This document shows, piece by piece, positions 18,661 through 29,593 of a stretch of DNA of 64,000 nt (position 1 is the stretch's first letter; the number at the start of each line of letters is the position of its first letter). The position numbers and the translations under genes were made by a program. Origin of the DNA: Bacteroidales bacterium (GTDB lineage: Bacteria; Bacteroidota; Bacteroidia; Bacteroidales; UBA932); assembly GCA_022653735.1 (NCBI GenBank), contig JALCSU010000002.1, forward strand, positions 29,643 to 93,642, in the 5' to 3' direction. The notes beneath the pieces were generated by a model. It saw only the letters and a list, made by a program, of their open reading frames with translations. It made no database searches and was not told where the DNA came from.

Positions 18661-19989
18661 TTAATAATCCTGCATGTCATCCATAGACAGCCCTTTGTAG
18701 GAGATTTTATATCCCTTGAACTTGCCTGTGGCACGATGGAAGGCTGCCGCCTTATTCTCCAGCACCTTCATGTCAATGTTGTCTGCCTTACGCTTCACCT
18801 CGAAAAACGTGGCGACTTCGTTCAGTTCGTTCTCGGCCACAATGTCGATTTCATTCTCTCCCTTGCGGTCCCACCATCCGCCGATGCGTGTGTAGGCATG
18901 GCTTTCTATCAGAATGCGCCTGAAATAGCGTTCGAGCATCAGGCCGCTGAACGTCTCGTAGTCCCGGTTGATGATTGTCTTCACACTCTCGTAGTTCTCT
19001 ATTTCCAGCATATAGCTGTACTTGTAGATGAATCGGAACCAGAACGTGAAGAAGTTGTCCTCTATAGTATAGCGGACATTCTTGGTGGAACTCTTTTCGA
19101 AGACGGGCTGCTTCTTGGCGATGACCTCGTACTCGTTTTCCAGCTTGGTCAGATAGCCTCCGATTTCTCTGCCAACCACGTTCTCTATTTCCGAACGGGA
19201 GGTCTTGCCTCTCGCTATGGCAGACAGAATCGAGAAATATACCCCGTAATCCTTGCCGAACTCCTCGATAAGGATAGTCTTACCTTCTCCCAGGAAGATG
19301 GAGTCGGCCTTTATGATGTGGTCAAGCATGGCTGATTTGGTCGTCGCCCCGGCATCCACAAGCAACTGCACGTACTTGGCCACGCCGCCCGTGAAGGAAT
19401 ACAGGGCCAGCAGATCTTCCGCCGTGTGTCCCGGATGGTATTCCGTGAGGATTTCCTTCAATACCGCCGGAGTGAACGGGCGCAAGGTCATAAAACGAGT
19501 CTGTCTGTTATACAGAGGTTCCTTCTTGTCCTTGAATATCTTAGTCATCATGGAGTATATCGAGCCGCAGACGACAAGGTTCATGCGTGCTTTCGGGCTG
19601 TATATGTCCCAGACGCGCTGCATTTCGCTGTACACCGACTTATTCACGCGGAAGAACTCCTGGAACTCGTCAATGAACAGCGTGATGGGACGCTCCGTGG
19701 AAAGTTTCATCAGAAACTCGAACACATCTCTGAAATGCTCCACCCGTCCCATCATGGGAATTCTCAGCTTGTTCTCTATTTCAACACGGTAATCCTCGCA
19801 CAAGTCTCCTTCGGCCTTGCGGGCAACAAAGAAATATAGGAAAGGTTCGTCCTCGTATGCCTTCCATACGAGGGATGTCTTGCCGATACGGCGCCGTCCC
19901 GTCACGACCGTGAACTGGGCGTTGTCTTTTGACATCCTGCGGATCTCATGCAGGGATGCTATTTCTTCTGTCCTGTCAAAAAACCTCAT
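18661..19989 (-). CDS. AAA ATPase (archaeal-ATPase type) with C-terminal DUF234-like PD-(D/E)XK domain
   Basis: FFDRTEE, GRRRIGKT Walker A, FIDEFQ Walker B, FWFRF, WWDRKGENEIDIV..EVK. Confidence 0.85.
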   Translation of the reverse strand: MRFFDRTEEIASLHEIRRMSKDNAQFTVVTGRRRIGKTSLVWKAYEDEPFLYFFVARKAEGDLCEDYRVEIENKLRIPMMGRVEHFRDVFEFLMKLSTERPITLFIDEFQEFFRVNKSVYSEMQRVWDIYSPKARMNLVVCGSIYSMMTKIFKDKKEPLYNRQTRFMTLRPFTPAVLKEILTEYHPGHTAEDLLALYSFTGGVAKYVQLLVDAGATTKSAMLDHIIKADSIFLGEGKTILIEEFGKDYGVYFSILSAIARGKTSRSEIENVVGREIGGYLTKLENEYEVIAKKQPVFEKSSTKNVRYTIEDNFFTFWFRFIYKYSYMLEIENYESVKTIINRDYETFSGLMLERYFRRILIESHAYTRIGGWWDRKGENEIDIVAENELNEVATFFEVKRKADNIDMKVLENKAAAFHRATGKFKGYKISYKGLSMDDMQDY

Positions 19990-20018
19990 ATCCTAAGTCC
20001 TCTTTTTTTTACAATTTA

Positions 20019-20063
20019 CGAAACGGCCATTTCCGAAATGGTTGTTTCGCTACTGCAAAGATA
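20019..20063 (-). promoter_or_regulatory. ATPase promoter followed by a 5'-UTR palindrome
   Basis: Minus-strand TATCTTTG at 20056-20063; imperfect palindrome CGAAACGGCCATTT-CCG-AAATGGTTGTTTCG at 20019-20049. Confidence 0.55.
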
Positions 20064-20333
20064 ATGTAATTTTCCATAAAACAGGCAATTGTCCATCTTG
20101 GAATGCCTTCTCTTTCTTGGGGAAGGTTGCTTCGTATGCATCGAAAGCAGCAGTATTTTCATCAGCAGCTAAATAGCCCTTGGGAGGACAATAGGTTCCC
20201 TCGCGGCTGCCCCAATAACCAGGAATCAATTCTTGGGCAAGGAAGTATGGCACATCCGACTCCCTCGTCGCGATATGATATTCGGAATTTTGCTTTATTT
20301 ATTGTATTTTAGTCTTGAAAAAATGACTAAGAG

Positions 20334-22511
20334 ATGGCTAGTATTGTTCAGCATTTCCCGCAGTTTGACGAAAATGGAAAGGCTCTCGTGCAGAGGGCTT
20401 ATGACATTGCTGCGAAGGTGCTAGAAAACGAGGTGCGCGACAATGGCAGGCCGTTCATAGAGCATCCGATGAACGTTGCGCTCATCGCGACGGACGAAAT
20501 CGGTCTCACTGCGGACTGTGCAGCGGCTGTTTTCCTTCATGAGGCTACCCGAAAGCATCCTGCGATAGACTTACGGAAAGGGGAGTACGAAGGCCTGAAG
20601 CTCGGCGGGTTCCCAGAGGATGTCTATGCTATGGTGGACGGACTGAACAAGATTTCGACTATCAAGCCCAAGGACACTCGCTTGGAGGCTGAAAGCTACA
20701 AGAGACTCATAGTGCAATATTCCACGGATCCCAGAGTAACTGTGCTGAAAATAGCCGACAGATTGGAGGTTATGAGGAATATTTCCATGTTTTCTGCTTC
20801 TTCCAGGCAAAGGAAGATTCTTGAAACCCTCATGCTATATATTCCTCTGGCTCATCAGCTGGGCTTGTACAACATCAAAAGCGAGATGGAGGACATCTAT
20901 TTCCGCTATGCCGAGCCCGAAGAATATCGTGCCATCACGAATAAGCTGAAGGCTACCGAGCCGGATCGGGAGCGCCTGACTGCGGAATTCATCGAGCCGC
21001 TGAAAAAGAAGCTCTCTGATGCTGGAATAAAGTACAAGCTGAAAGTCAGGACGAAGGCAGCATATTCAATCTGGAGGAAGATGCAGAAGCAGAATGTGCC
21101 ATTTGAGGGCGTGTATGACGTTTTTGCCATCAGGTTCATCATAGACTGCAGCCATGACTCAACGACCGAGAAAGATCTTTGCTGGAAAGTGTATTCTTAC
21201 GTGACTGAAGAATACGAGCCAGACACAAATCGTCTGCGCGACTGGATAACTACGCCAAAGCCAAATGGTTACGAGTCTCTTCATATAACTGTGAAAAATA
21301 AGGAAGGGGCTTACATAGAGGTGCAGATCAGGACTAAGCGAATGGATGATGAGGCGGAGAACGGTCAGGCCTCTCATTGGTCTTACAAAGGCATCAAGCA
21401 CGAGGCTCATTTGGATAAATGGCTGACATCTGTCAGGTACACTCTGGAGCATTCTCAAGAAATAAAGCCCGACGAGCTTCCTCAGCCGCCTTCACGCGAG
21501 ATATTCGTTTTCACCCCGACTGGCGAGCTAAGAATTCTGCCTGCGGGTTCTACGGTGCTGGATTTCGCCTTCAACATCCATTCTGGCCTTGGAGTTAAGT
21601 GCACAGGCGGCAAAATCAATGGCAAAGGCGTCTCCATCAGGGAAAAACTTAGTACTGGAGATGTAGTAGAGATTCAGACTGGCAAGAACCAGAGGCCTTC
21701 CGCTGACTGGCTGAGCTATGTCGTGACTTCGAAGGCGAGGAGCAAGATTCGCCAGGAATTAAATGAAGAGGAATATAAGAAAGCTGCTCAAGGCAAGGAG
21801 CTTGTCAGCAGGAGGCTGAAGAATTGGAAGCTTGAGCTGCCTGATGAATATATTGCCGAGCTACTGAAGAAACTGCGGTTATCGACGCAGAACGCATTTT
21901 ATGCGGCAGTGAATGATGGTCAGATAGATGTCAACGACATAAAGACATTCATACTGGAGCACCCCCAGATGGAGGAAGAGGCTTCAGAGGCTGCCAAGGC
22001 TCAAAGTGCGGGAAAAACGGAACAGAATGCTTCGTGGAGCGGGAATTCTTCATCTGACGATATTCTGGTCATAAATGCGCGAGACCTCAAGGGGTTGGAC
22101 TACAAAATGGCAAAATGCTGCCATCCGGTGTTCGGAGACGATGTTTTCGGTTTTGTTACGACAAACAGGGGAATAACTATTCATCGAATATCCTGCCCGA
22201 ATGCATCACGCCTCATAGAGAACTACCCATATCGCATCCAGAAGGTTAAGTGGGCAGAAACCCCTTCTGGCGGCAGCTTCCAAGTGACTTTGAAGATTAC
22301 CGCCGCCCTTGAGGCTGCTATTCTCGGGCGCATAACCGATGTCGTGAATAACTTCAAGGCATCGCTGAGGGCATTCAACGTGAATGAAAACAGACGGAAC
22401 GGAACCTATGAGATTGAACTCAGGATTTCCGTCCCGTCTAATATGGAGCTCGATAAGGTCGTGTCTCAGATTAAGAATCTGAAGCACGTGATGAAAGTTT
22501 CGAGAGTCTAG
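20334..22511 (+). CDS. Long RelA/SpoT homolog (p)ppGpp synthetase
   Basis: KIADRL, PLAHQLGL, YSIWRKM, YDVFAIR, PKPNGYESLH, EVQIRT, TGS (DFAFNIHS), ACT-like C-terminus. Confidence 0.93.
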   Translation: MASIVQHFPQFDENGKALVQRAYDIAAKVLENEVRDNGRPFIEHPMNVALIATDEIGLTADCAAAVFLHEATRKHPAIDLRKGEYEGLKLGGFPEDVYAMVDGLNKISTIKPKDTRLEAESYKRLIVQYSTDPRVTVLKIADRLEVMRNISMFSASSRQRKILETLMLYIPLAHQLGLYNIKSEMEDIYFRYAEPEEYRAITNKLKATEPDRERLTAEFIEPLKKKLSDAGIKYKLKVRTKAAYSIWRKMQKQNVPFEGVYDVFAIRFIIDCSHDSTTEKDLCWKVYSYVTEEYEPDTNRLRDWITTPKPNGYESLHITVKNKEGAYIEVQIRTKRMDDEAENGQASHWSYKGIKHEAHLDKWLTSVRYTLEHSQEIKPDELPQPPSREIFVFTPTGELRILPAGSTVLDFAFNIHSGLGVKCTGGKINGKGVSIREKLSTGDVVEIQTGKNQRPSADWLSYVVTSKARSKIRQELNEEEYKKAAQGKELVSRRLKNWKLELPDEYIAELLKKLRLSTQNAFYAAVNDGQIDVNDIKTFILEHPQMEEEASEAAKAQSAGKTEQNASWSGNSSSDDILVINARDLKGLDYKMAKCCHPVFGDDVFGFVTTNRGITIHRISCPNASRLIENYPYRIQKVKWAETPSGGSFQVTLKITAALEAAILGRITDVVNNFKASLRAFNVNENRRNGTYEIELRISVPSNMELDKVVSQIKNLKHVMKVSRV

Positions 22512-24577
22512 TTCTTGGATGTTTCCTTGTCCATCAGGACTTTCATCCAGAAGCCACCTACCACTGAACGCATTATGAAGTGTTCGTATTTGCCGGTCTT
22601 GGTGTCGTACCAGTCGCTTACCGGAACGCGGCTTTCCGTCTCATTGATGTAGTCCCATACCGGGTGTACGAACTTCAGGAATGTCTCTTTGTCCTTTGCC
22701 ATTGAGGCAGTCCACATTATCCAGTCGTTCTTAGTGTAGTCTTTCCTGATGTCCAGCGGCAGCCCATAGCGGTTCTGCTTAGTGAGGTAGTAGGCGATTT
22801 CCTTGTCGATGGTGCCAGCAGGGAAGATATTTATTCCCCAGAGCTTGTCCCAGACCATGTTGTACTTCTGGCTCCAGGTGTCAGGCTGGTCGAATGCCAG
22901 GCGGTAATGGTCGCCGTCACTGGCCATTTCCTCCCATTTCACGGCCATCGTCTTTGCTGTGCCCATGTATTGGGAATATGTCTCATCATCGCCTCTCTGC
23001 TTTGCCATGAGCGCATACCCGGCTATTCCCATTATAGCTTTGGCGGAAAGATTGGCGTTGTGAGCCCAGTGACCTGCGAAATCGTCGGTGCAGAGCTGGT
23101 TGGCAGGATCCTGGCCGTTTTCTACGAGGTAATTAGTCCAAGTAGTTAAAATATCCCAGTATTCATCGACGAAGGAAGTGTTCCCGTCCAGGCGGCAGAT
23201 TTCAGCTGCCAAAGTAAGCATATTCCCAGCCTCTTCCAACGGCATGCCGTCTCCACCGTATACCTGCCCGTTCGCTTTAGGGTATGTTCCTAGGTCATGT
23301 GCGGCGAAAGGACGGGTCCAGCGGCCTGAGCGGCTGTATTCGAATATGCTTCTCATCATTCCTTTTTGCAGTTCCGGATTGTAGGCTAGGAACAGCGGGG
23401 CAGAAGGATAGGTTAGGTCCACAGTGTTCACGCAGCCGTTCGAGTCATTTTCCTTCGAGAAGAACAGCAGCTGGCCATTCTTGTCGACGAACAGCTTGTG
23501 CGCCCCGATTACGTGGCGATAGGTCCCGGACAGGATTTCCGCATATTTCTTATCTCCTGCTTCGAAGCCGTCGTCGTATATTCTTTTATCCATGGCGCGG
23601 CATTTCAGCATGATTGAGGAATATTTCTTCTGCATATCCTTAAACGCATCGAATATGGTTTTTATGAATATGTTTCTCTTGTTACAAGCCCAATATGCTT
23701 TGTAGCGTTCGTACATGTATTCGATATCCTGGATTTCATCGTATCCCACCATCGCGAAGGAGGAGGCCTGCGACACGCTGCCGAAGTCATGGACCAGAGC
23801 GAGAGCAGGCATGTCTTCTGCCTTCCTGCTGATGATCTCATTCTCTTTGGCCTCGGCTTTCCCTGTGACTGCGAAGGCATTCTGCAAGTCTGCAGGCTTG
23901 CCGATAGTGACCGTACCGTTGATTGCCGGCAGATAGAAATATCCCCAGTCTATGCACACGTGGTCGCCCTTCTTGGCGAGAATAGGCTGCTCAATCGTGC
24001 CGGTCTTGGCGTAAGTCACGCCCTTGAGGGTCATCAACGTCGTGATGGTAGGCTGCTCAGCCTTGTTCACTGCGATTTCTGAAGAGGCTTCGTAATATAA
24101 TTGCACGTCATGCTTAGCGCCATCGGTGGAACGGACCTGATACGAGAAATAGTTGACTGGGGTTGAGAGCAGGTTCAGGTCGTCAATGAGCATTGGGGCT
24201 GTGAAAACCAGGTCTAATTCGACAGGCCCGCATGCAAAGGTGTAATAGGTGTTGGTCGCAAGCACGTCCACGCTTTTCTGTACAGCTGTCTTGAAGCCAC
24301 CGTTCGAAGGCTGCTTGCCCATGAATCTGTAAGTAGTCCCGTCAACCCTTAGCAGGCCAGTGAGAGATTTGCTGTTCCCTGTCCAGTGGACGGTGCCTCC
24401 GTCGGTCAGCTTGTCGAATGGCGACCAGATAGTGAAATAAGGGTCGTTATTCACTAGCGGAACGGAAGGCAGCCGAAGGTCGGTCTGCTTGTAAGGCTTG
24501 AAGAATTCGGGGCTCTGCGCATTTGCGAGGGATGAGATTCCCAGAGCCGCGGCTAAAAAAATGATTATTCGTTTCAT
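22508..24577 (-). CDS. Glutaminase GtaA-like (DUF5127/DUF4965/DUF1793) secreted (alpha/alpha)6-barrel protein
   Basis: RLPSVPL..DPYF, FSKENDSNG..TVD, AAHDLGTYP, MPLEEAGNM, QLCTDDFAG, WSQKYN; signal peptide. Confidence 0.8.
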   Translation of the reverse strand: MKRIIIFLAAALGISSLANAQSPEFFKPYKQTDLRLPSVPLVNNDPYFTIWSPFDKLTDGGTVHWTGNSKSLTGLLRVDGTTYRFMGKQPSNGGFKTAVQKSVDVLATNTYYTFACGPVELDLVFTAPMLIDDLNLLSTPVNYFSYQVRSTDGAKHDVQLYYEASSEIAVNKAEQPTITTLMTLKGVTYAKTGTIEQPILAKKGDHVCIDWGYFYLPAINGTVTIGKPADLQNAFAVTGKAEAKENEIISRKAEDMPALALVHDFGSVSQASSFAMVGYDEIQDIEYMYERYKAYWACNKRNIFIKTIFDAFKDMQKKYSSIMLKCRAMDKRIYDDGFEAGDKKYAEILSGTYRHVIGAHKLFVDKNGQLLFFSKENDSNGCVNTVDLTYPSAPLFLAYNPELQKGMMRSIFEYSRSGRWTRPFAAHDLGTYPKANGQVYGGDGMPLEEAGNMLTLAAEICRLDGNTSFVDEYWDILTTWTNYLVENGQDPANQLCTDDFAGHWAHNANLSAKAIMGIAGYALMAKQRGDDETYSQYMGTAKTMAVKWEEMASDGDHYRLAFDQPDTWSQKYNMVWDKLWGINIFPAGTIDKEIAYYLTKQNRYGLPLDIRKDYTKNDWIMWTASMAKDKETFLKFVHPVWDYINETESRVPVSDWYDTKTGKYEHFIMRSVVGGFWMKVLMDKETSKN

Positions 24578-24603
24578 TTGATTCATGAATATGTGAATGG
24601 TTA

Positions 24604-26784
24604 TTATTTGTCTTTCCAGACTTTGAGATATTCCTGGAGGGCCCACATTTCATCCCTGTACTTGGCGGCCTGCGAGAAATCCAGATCGGCCGCTGATTTC
24701 TCCATACGCCGCTTGTCCTCCTCGATGGTTTTCTGAACCTGTTCCCTTGACATTGAACGTATGACGGGATCCTGAAGCACGGCTGCAAGGTCCGCAGCCA
24801 CGAATCCATCGACGTAAGCCGTGTCGTTGTCTCTCTTGGAATCGTGTCCCAGGCCAACGGAAACCGTGCCTCTCCCAAGGTCAGAAGGATTAGGAATATA
24901 TTCGGGATGGGAGACGGAGTCAGCGGCGCTGACCCTGCCGCTAGGCCCGTTCTTGATTCTAGGATTGACCGGCTTCTCCGCCTCTCCGTAGAGCTCGGAA
25001 GCCAGGATATTCCTTTTCACGGCCACCTGTGTAGGGGTAATATTATGTAATTTATTATATTCAATTTGTTTCGTCCTGCGGCGGTTGGTCTCCCTTATGG
25101 TTTCATCCATGGAGTCGGTGATTGTGTCGGCATACATTATCACCAGCCCGTTCACGTTCCTGGCCGCCCTTCCTGCAGTCTGGGTCAGCGCCCTTCCGGA
25201 ACGGAGGAATCCTTCCTTGTCCGCGTCCAGAATGGCCACAAGAGACACCGAAGGAATATCCAGGCCCTCCCTAAGCAGGTTCACGCCCACCAAGACATCG
25301 AACAGCCCGTTCTTGAAATCCTCGATGATTTCCACCCTCTCGGAAGTGTCCACGTCTGAATGAATATACCGCACCCTGACGCCGTTCATGTCCAGGTAAT
25401 CAGTCAGTTCTTCTGCCATGCGCTTCGTCAGGGTAGTGACCAGAACCCTTTCGTCTTTTTCTGCCCTCTTGCGGATTTCCTCCATGAGATCATCCACCTG
25501 ATTCTTAGTCGGGCGCACTTCTATCGGAGGGTCCAAGAGCCCGGTAGGCCGCACGACTTGCTCGACTACCAGCCCGCCGGAACGTTCCAGCTCGTAATCC
25601 GATGGAGTGGCGCTCACATAGACTTTTTGTCCCGTTATGGAATTGAACTCATCGAAAGTCAGAGGCCTGTTATCCGCCGCCGCAGGCAGCCTGAATCCAT
25701 ATTCGACCAGAACGGACTTGCGGGAATGGTCTCCTCCGTACATGGCCCGTATCTGGGGAATCGTGACGTGGCTCTCGTCGATGAAAGTCACGAAGTCATC
25801 CGGGAAATAGTCAATCAGGCAGAAAGGCCGCTGGCCGGGTTTCCTGCCGTCGAGGTACCTGGAATAGTTCTCGATTCCGGAACAATACCCCATCTCCTTT
25901 ATCATTTCCAGATCATTCTCCACCCTCTGCTGAAGACGTTTGGCCTCAAGTCCTTTACCTATCTCGTTGAAGTAGTCGATTTGTTTTTTCAGGTCGTCCT
26001 GAATCTGGCTGACTGCCTTGATGCTCCGTTCGCGGGTCGTGACGAAGTTCGTGGCAGGGAATATCGTCGCCTCTTCCAGCTTCTCTATCGTTGCGCCGGT
26101 CAGAGGGTCTATCATGGCCAAGGAATCGATTTCGTCCCCGAAGAATTCTATTCTCAGAGCCTCGTCGGATCCGCCGAGGAACACGTCTATTGTGTCCCCG
26201 CGCACCCTGAATGTTCCTCTTTTGAAGTCCACCTCAGTTCGGCTGTAATTCGCATCCACCAGGCTGTAGAGCAGTCTGGTGAGGCTTCTCTGCTCTCCTT
26301 TCTTCACCGGTATGGCCTGGGCATGGAAGTCTTCCGGATTGCCTATTCCGTAGAGGCACGACACGCTTGAGACCACGATCACGTCCCTGCGCCCAGACAT
26401 GAGGGCGGAGGCCGCGCTGAGCCTGAGCTTATCGATCTGGTCGTTGATGCTCAGGTCTTTCTCAATGTAGGTGTCTGTGGTTGGCAGATACGCTTCCGGC
26501 TGATAGTAATCGTAATAAGATACGAAATATTCCACGGCGTTCTCTGGGAAGAAAGACTTGAATTCCCCGTAGAGCTGCGCTGCGAGAGTCTTGTTATGGC
26601 TTAGCACCAGGGCTGGCCTCTGAAGATTCTGAATCGTGTTTGCCATGGTGAAAGTCTTCCCCGATCCGGTCACTCCAAGCAGCGTTACGTCGCTGACCCC
26701 GGAGCTCAAAGCCTCAGTGAGTTCTTTTATGGCTTCAGGTTGATCCCCAGCCGGTTTATATGGCGATACAAGGTGAAATTTCAT
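24604..26784 (-). CDS. uvrB: Excinuclease ABC subunit B
   Basis: [45 protein letters not shown]-terminal UVR domain. Confidence 0.98.
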   Translation of the reverse strand: MKFHLVSPYKPAGDQPEAIKELTEALSSGVSDVTLLGVTGSGKTFTMANTIQNLQRPALVLSHNKTLAAQLYGEFKSFFPENAVEYFVSYYDYYQPEAYLPTTDTYIEKDLSINDQIDKLRLSAASALMSGRRDVIVVSSVSCLYGIGNPEDFHAQAIPVKKGEQRSLTRLLYSLVDANYSRTEVDFKRGTFRVRGDTIDVFLGGSDEALRIEFFGDEIDSLAMIDPLTGATIEKLEEATIFPATNFVTTRERSIKAVSQIQDDLKKQIDYFNEIGKGLEAKRLQQRVENDLEMIKEMGYCSGIENYSRYLDGRKPGQRPFCLIDYFPDDFVTFIDESHVTIPQIRAMYGGDHSRKSVLVEYGFRLPAAADNRPLTFDEFNSITGQKVYVSATPSDYELERSGGLVVEQVVRPTGLLDPPIEVRPTKNQVDDLMEEIRKRAEKDERVLVTTLTKRMAEELTDYLDMNGVRVRYIHSDVDTSERVEIIEDFKNGLFDVLVGVNLLREGLDIPSVSLVAILDADKEGFLRSGRALTQTAGRAARNVNGLVIMYADTITDSMDETIRETNRRRTKQIEYNKLHNITPTQVAVKRNILASELYGEAEKPVNPRIKNGPSGRVSAADSVSHPEYIPNPSDLGRGTVSVGLGHDSKRDNDTAYVDGFVAADLAAVLQDPVIRSMSREQVQKTIEEDKRRMEKSAADLDFSQAAKYRDEMWALQEYLKVWKDK

Positions 26785-26888
26785 ATTTCACAAATTTACG
26801 AAATATTCTATGATTCCAGTTTCCGATGTTCTGACTTCCGTTCCTTTCCAGGGAAGAAGAACGGCATCACGTTGCTCGGACATGGCGT

Positions 26889-27719
26889 TTACTGGAGCTG
26901 TTTCAGATCCCAGTCTGCCTTGATTTTGTCTATGATGGCGCAGACCACCCTGTAAGTGCGGCTGTCCTTGGTGTAAGCTGCTGGGGTGACGAAGCTCACT
27001 CGGCCCTGCCTCTTCAGCTTGTCGGCGAAGGGCTTCTTCACTGGATTGTCGGGATCGTAGACGGCCAGTGAATGCCCGCCGAACATGGTCACGATTTTCA
27101 TGCAAGGAATGTCGGTCTCTCCGTCCCCGAAGTATATCATTTGCTGATAAGGAATGCGCTTCTTGTCCTCGTCGATGCTCTCGTTGACTTTCGTGTTGTC
27201 GTGAGCCGAGAATATTCCTTTGTTGATCTTGAAGATATATTGCGTCTTGGCGGTGTAATCCACTGCGATTCCGGGCCATTCGGCCTCGCCTTTCTCATTA
27301 TATAAATAAGTGCATGCGAATATGTGCTTGAACTCTCCGGCGATAGGGGAGCCTTCGATTATTTCCTTCAGCCCAGATGAATTGATGTAGTGCTCAATCT
27401 GCACCCCATGCGCATTGCCATATTCATTTATTAGCTTGAACCATCCCTTGACTCCCTTGAACAATTGAATATGCTGCCCGAATTTCCGGAAATCCTCTTT
27501 TCTCAGGGTGATTCCGCTTTTCTTCGCCTCATCGAACATCATCTTCATGTAGGAAAGCACGTTGCTGGCATCTTGGCCGGCGGCGAGCCCATCGCTCATC
27601 TTCCAGAATTCCTGAGGGGTTTTGCCTATGGCTTGTATGAAGCCGAATTCCTGCATATTCCCAGGAGATAGGGTTCCGTCAAAGTCGTAGATCAGGGCAA
27701 CGATAGGTCTTTTCCTCAT
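26889..27719 (-). CDS. HAD-like hydrolase
   Basis: YDFDGTL motif I, INSSG, GDGETD motif IV. Confidence 0.85.
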   Translation of the reverse strand: MRKRPIVALIYDFDGTLSPGNMQEFGFIQAIGKTPQEFWKMSDGLAAGQDASNVLSYMKMMFDEAKKSGITLRKEDFRKFGQHIQLFKGVKGWFKLINEYGNAHGVQIEHYINSSGLKEIIEGSPIAGEFKHIFACTYLYNEKGEAEWPGIAVDYTAKTQYIFKINKGIFSAHDNTKVNESIDEDKKRIPYQQMIYFGDGETDIPCMKIVTMFGGHSLAVYDPDNPVKKPFADKLKRQGRVSFVTPAAYTKDSRTYRVVCAIIDKIKADWDLKQLQ

Positions 27720-27766
27720 AATTCCGCCACTTATTTGCCGCTTTCGCGGTGTATATGTTGATTTTA

Positions 27767-27817
27767 CAAATATAACACTTAAAGTGATTTGTTTTTAAAA
27801 TCAAACCCTTATTTTTG
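27767..27817. promoter_or_regulatory. Divergent -7 promoter elements for the HAD and acyl-CoA ligase genes
   Basis: Minus-strand TATATTTG 27767-27774; plus-strand TATTTTTG 27810-27817. Confidence 0.5.
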
Positions 27818-27854
27818 CATTCGACAAAAATACAAAAGAATTTAACTAGGATAT

Positions 27855-29498
27855 ATGCAGCATTATTTGGCGAGGCTACAGAATGCCACAAGAAATTATT
27901 GGAATAAATCAGCATTGAACACCCTGGACGGGGAATCATTCACATATGGCCAGATGGCTACTCTCATAGAGAAGTTTCATCTGCTCTTTGAGAAGGCGGG
28001 ATTCAAGAAAGGAGACCACATCGCACTATGGGCGAAGAACAGCGCGAGGTGGGGAATGTCCTATCTCGCCATCAACACTTACGAAACAGTCGTGGTCCCA
28101 CTTCTCGCCGACTTCACTCCGGATGGAGTGGAAAGGCTGATTGACCATTCCGACAGCGTGGCTCTCTTCGTCAGTGGCGAAAAATGGAAGCAGCTCCACA
28201 AGGAGAATCTGCCAAAGATAAAGCTGGTGGTGAATCCGGACGACCTAAAAATATTATATTGCGACATCCCTGGCGTGGAAGAATTCTGGTCACGCATTGA
28301 CAAAGAGATGGAAGAGAGATTTCCTGATGGTTTCACTCCGGAGGATGTAACATACCCGACGAACAATCTGGATGACCTGGCTGTAATCAGCTACACCTCT
28401 GGCTCCACGGGGAATCCTAAAGGCGTCATGCTCACGTACCGTAACTTCTCCGCTACCATTGAATACAGCCAGAAGCACAGACCTGCGAATGACACATTCA
28501 AAATGGTCTCCATGTTGCCAATGGCTCACATGTACGGGCTAGTGATAGAATTCATTTATCCTCTCTGCAACGGTGCTGCTATTTATTGGCTGGCAAAGGC
28601 CCCTACGCCTACGACGCTGATCGATGCCTTCCACAGAGTGAAGCCTTATCTGCTCATCACCGTCCCTCTGGTGATGGAAAAGATATTCAAAGCGAAAATC
28701 AAGCCCGTTCTGGACAAGCCTTCGATGAAGGTGTTATGCGCCATTCCTGGCATAAGGAATATCATATTCAAGAAAATTTGCACCGGCCTGGAAGAGGCTT
28801 TTGGCGGCAATGTGATTGAGTTCATTCTTGGAGGAGCGCCTGTTAATACAGAGATAGAGAAATGGTTCAAGAGAATCAAATTGCCTTATCTGGTAGGCTA
28901 TGGGATGACAGAAGCTACGCCGCTGCTGGCCTACGAATCCAGCGATAAATATGTCGCCGGTTCTTGCGGAAAGCCTGTAGACTGCGCGACCGTGAGAATC
29001 GACTCTGATGATCCTCTGCACATCGTTGGCGAGATTCAGGCAAAAGGAGACAATATCTGCATCGGCTACTATAAGAATCCGGAGGCTTCCGAGAACGCTT
29101 TCACAGACGATGGCTATCTGAGGACGGGTGACCTGGGCCTGTTCGATGAGCAAGGCAACTTGTTCATCAAGGGACGTATAAAATCGATGATCCTTACCGC
29201 AAATGGACAGAACGTTTATCCAGAAGAAGTAGAGGCGGAACTGGATAATCTGAAATATGTCGCAGAGTCGCTGGTAGTAGATCGGTCTTCGCATCTAGTT
29301 GCGCTGGTTTACCTTAATGAGGATGCCGTGAAAAAAGATGGATTGACGCTGGAGGACATCTCGGATCTCCCGCAGAGGATTCAGTCTGCCGTAAACAAGC
29401 GCTTGCCGAATTACAGCCAGATATCCAAGGTGGAAATCGTTGACAAGCCATTCGAGAAGACACCGAAGATGTCCATCAAGCGTTTCCTATACAAATAA
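27855..29498 (+). CDS. Long-chain fatty acid-CoA ligase (AMP-binding)
   Basis: YTSGSTGNPKG, GYGMTE, RTGDLG, GQNVYPEE. Confidence 0.92.
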   Translation: MQHYLARLQNATRNYWNKSALNTLDGESFTYGQMATLIEKFHLLFEKAGFKKGDHIALWAKNSARWGMSYLAINTYETVVVPLLADFTPDGVERLIDHSDSVALFVSGEKWKQLHKENLPKIKLVVNPDDLKILYCDIPGVEEFWSRIDKEMEERFPDGFTPEDVTYPTNNLDDLAVISYTSGSTGNPKGVMLTYRNFSATIEYSQKHRPANDTFKMVSMLPMAHMYGLVIEFIYPLCNGAAIYWLAKAPTPTTLIDAFHRVKPYLLITVPLVMEKIFKAKIKPVLDKPSMKVLCAIPGIRNIIFKKICTGLEEAFGGNVIEFILGGAPVNTEIEKWFKRIKLPYLVGYGMTEATPLLAYESSDKYVAGSCGKPVDCATVRIDSDDPLHIVGEIQAKGDNICIGYYKNPEASENAFTDDGYLRTGDLGLFDEQGNLFIKGRIKSMILTANGQNVYPEEVEAELDNLKYVAESLVVDRSSHLVALVYLNEDAVKKDGLTLEDISDLPQRIQSAVNKRLPNYSQISKVEIVDKPFEKTPKMSIKRFLYK

Positions 29499-29593
29499 TG
29501 ACAATTTGTCAGCATATTCCGGACTGGAACATAATTTGACTTCGATGCCATAGGTCCTGGCAGGCGCCAGAAATGACAAAAAAATATTTAGAT

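Noticed and set aside
25360-26370. Long antisense ORFs (also 46456-47673, 57833-58813, 38057-38800)
   Set aside because: Shadows of well-supported genes on the opposite strand
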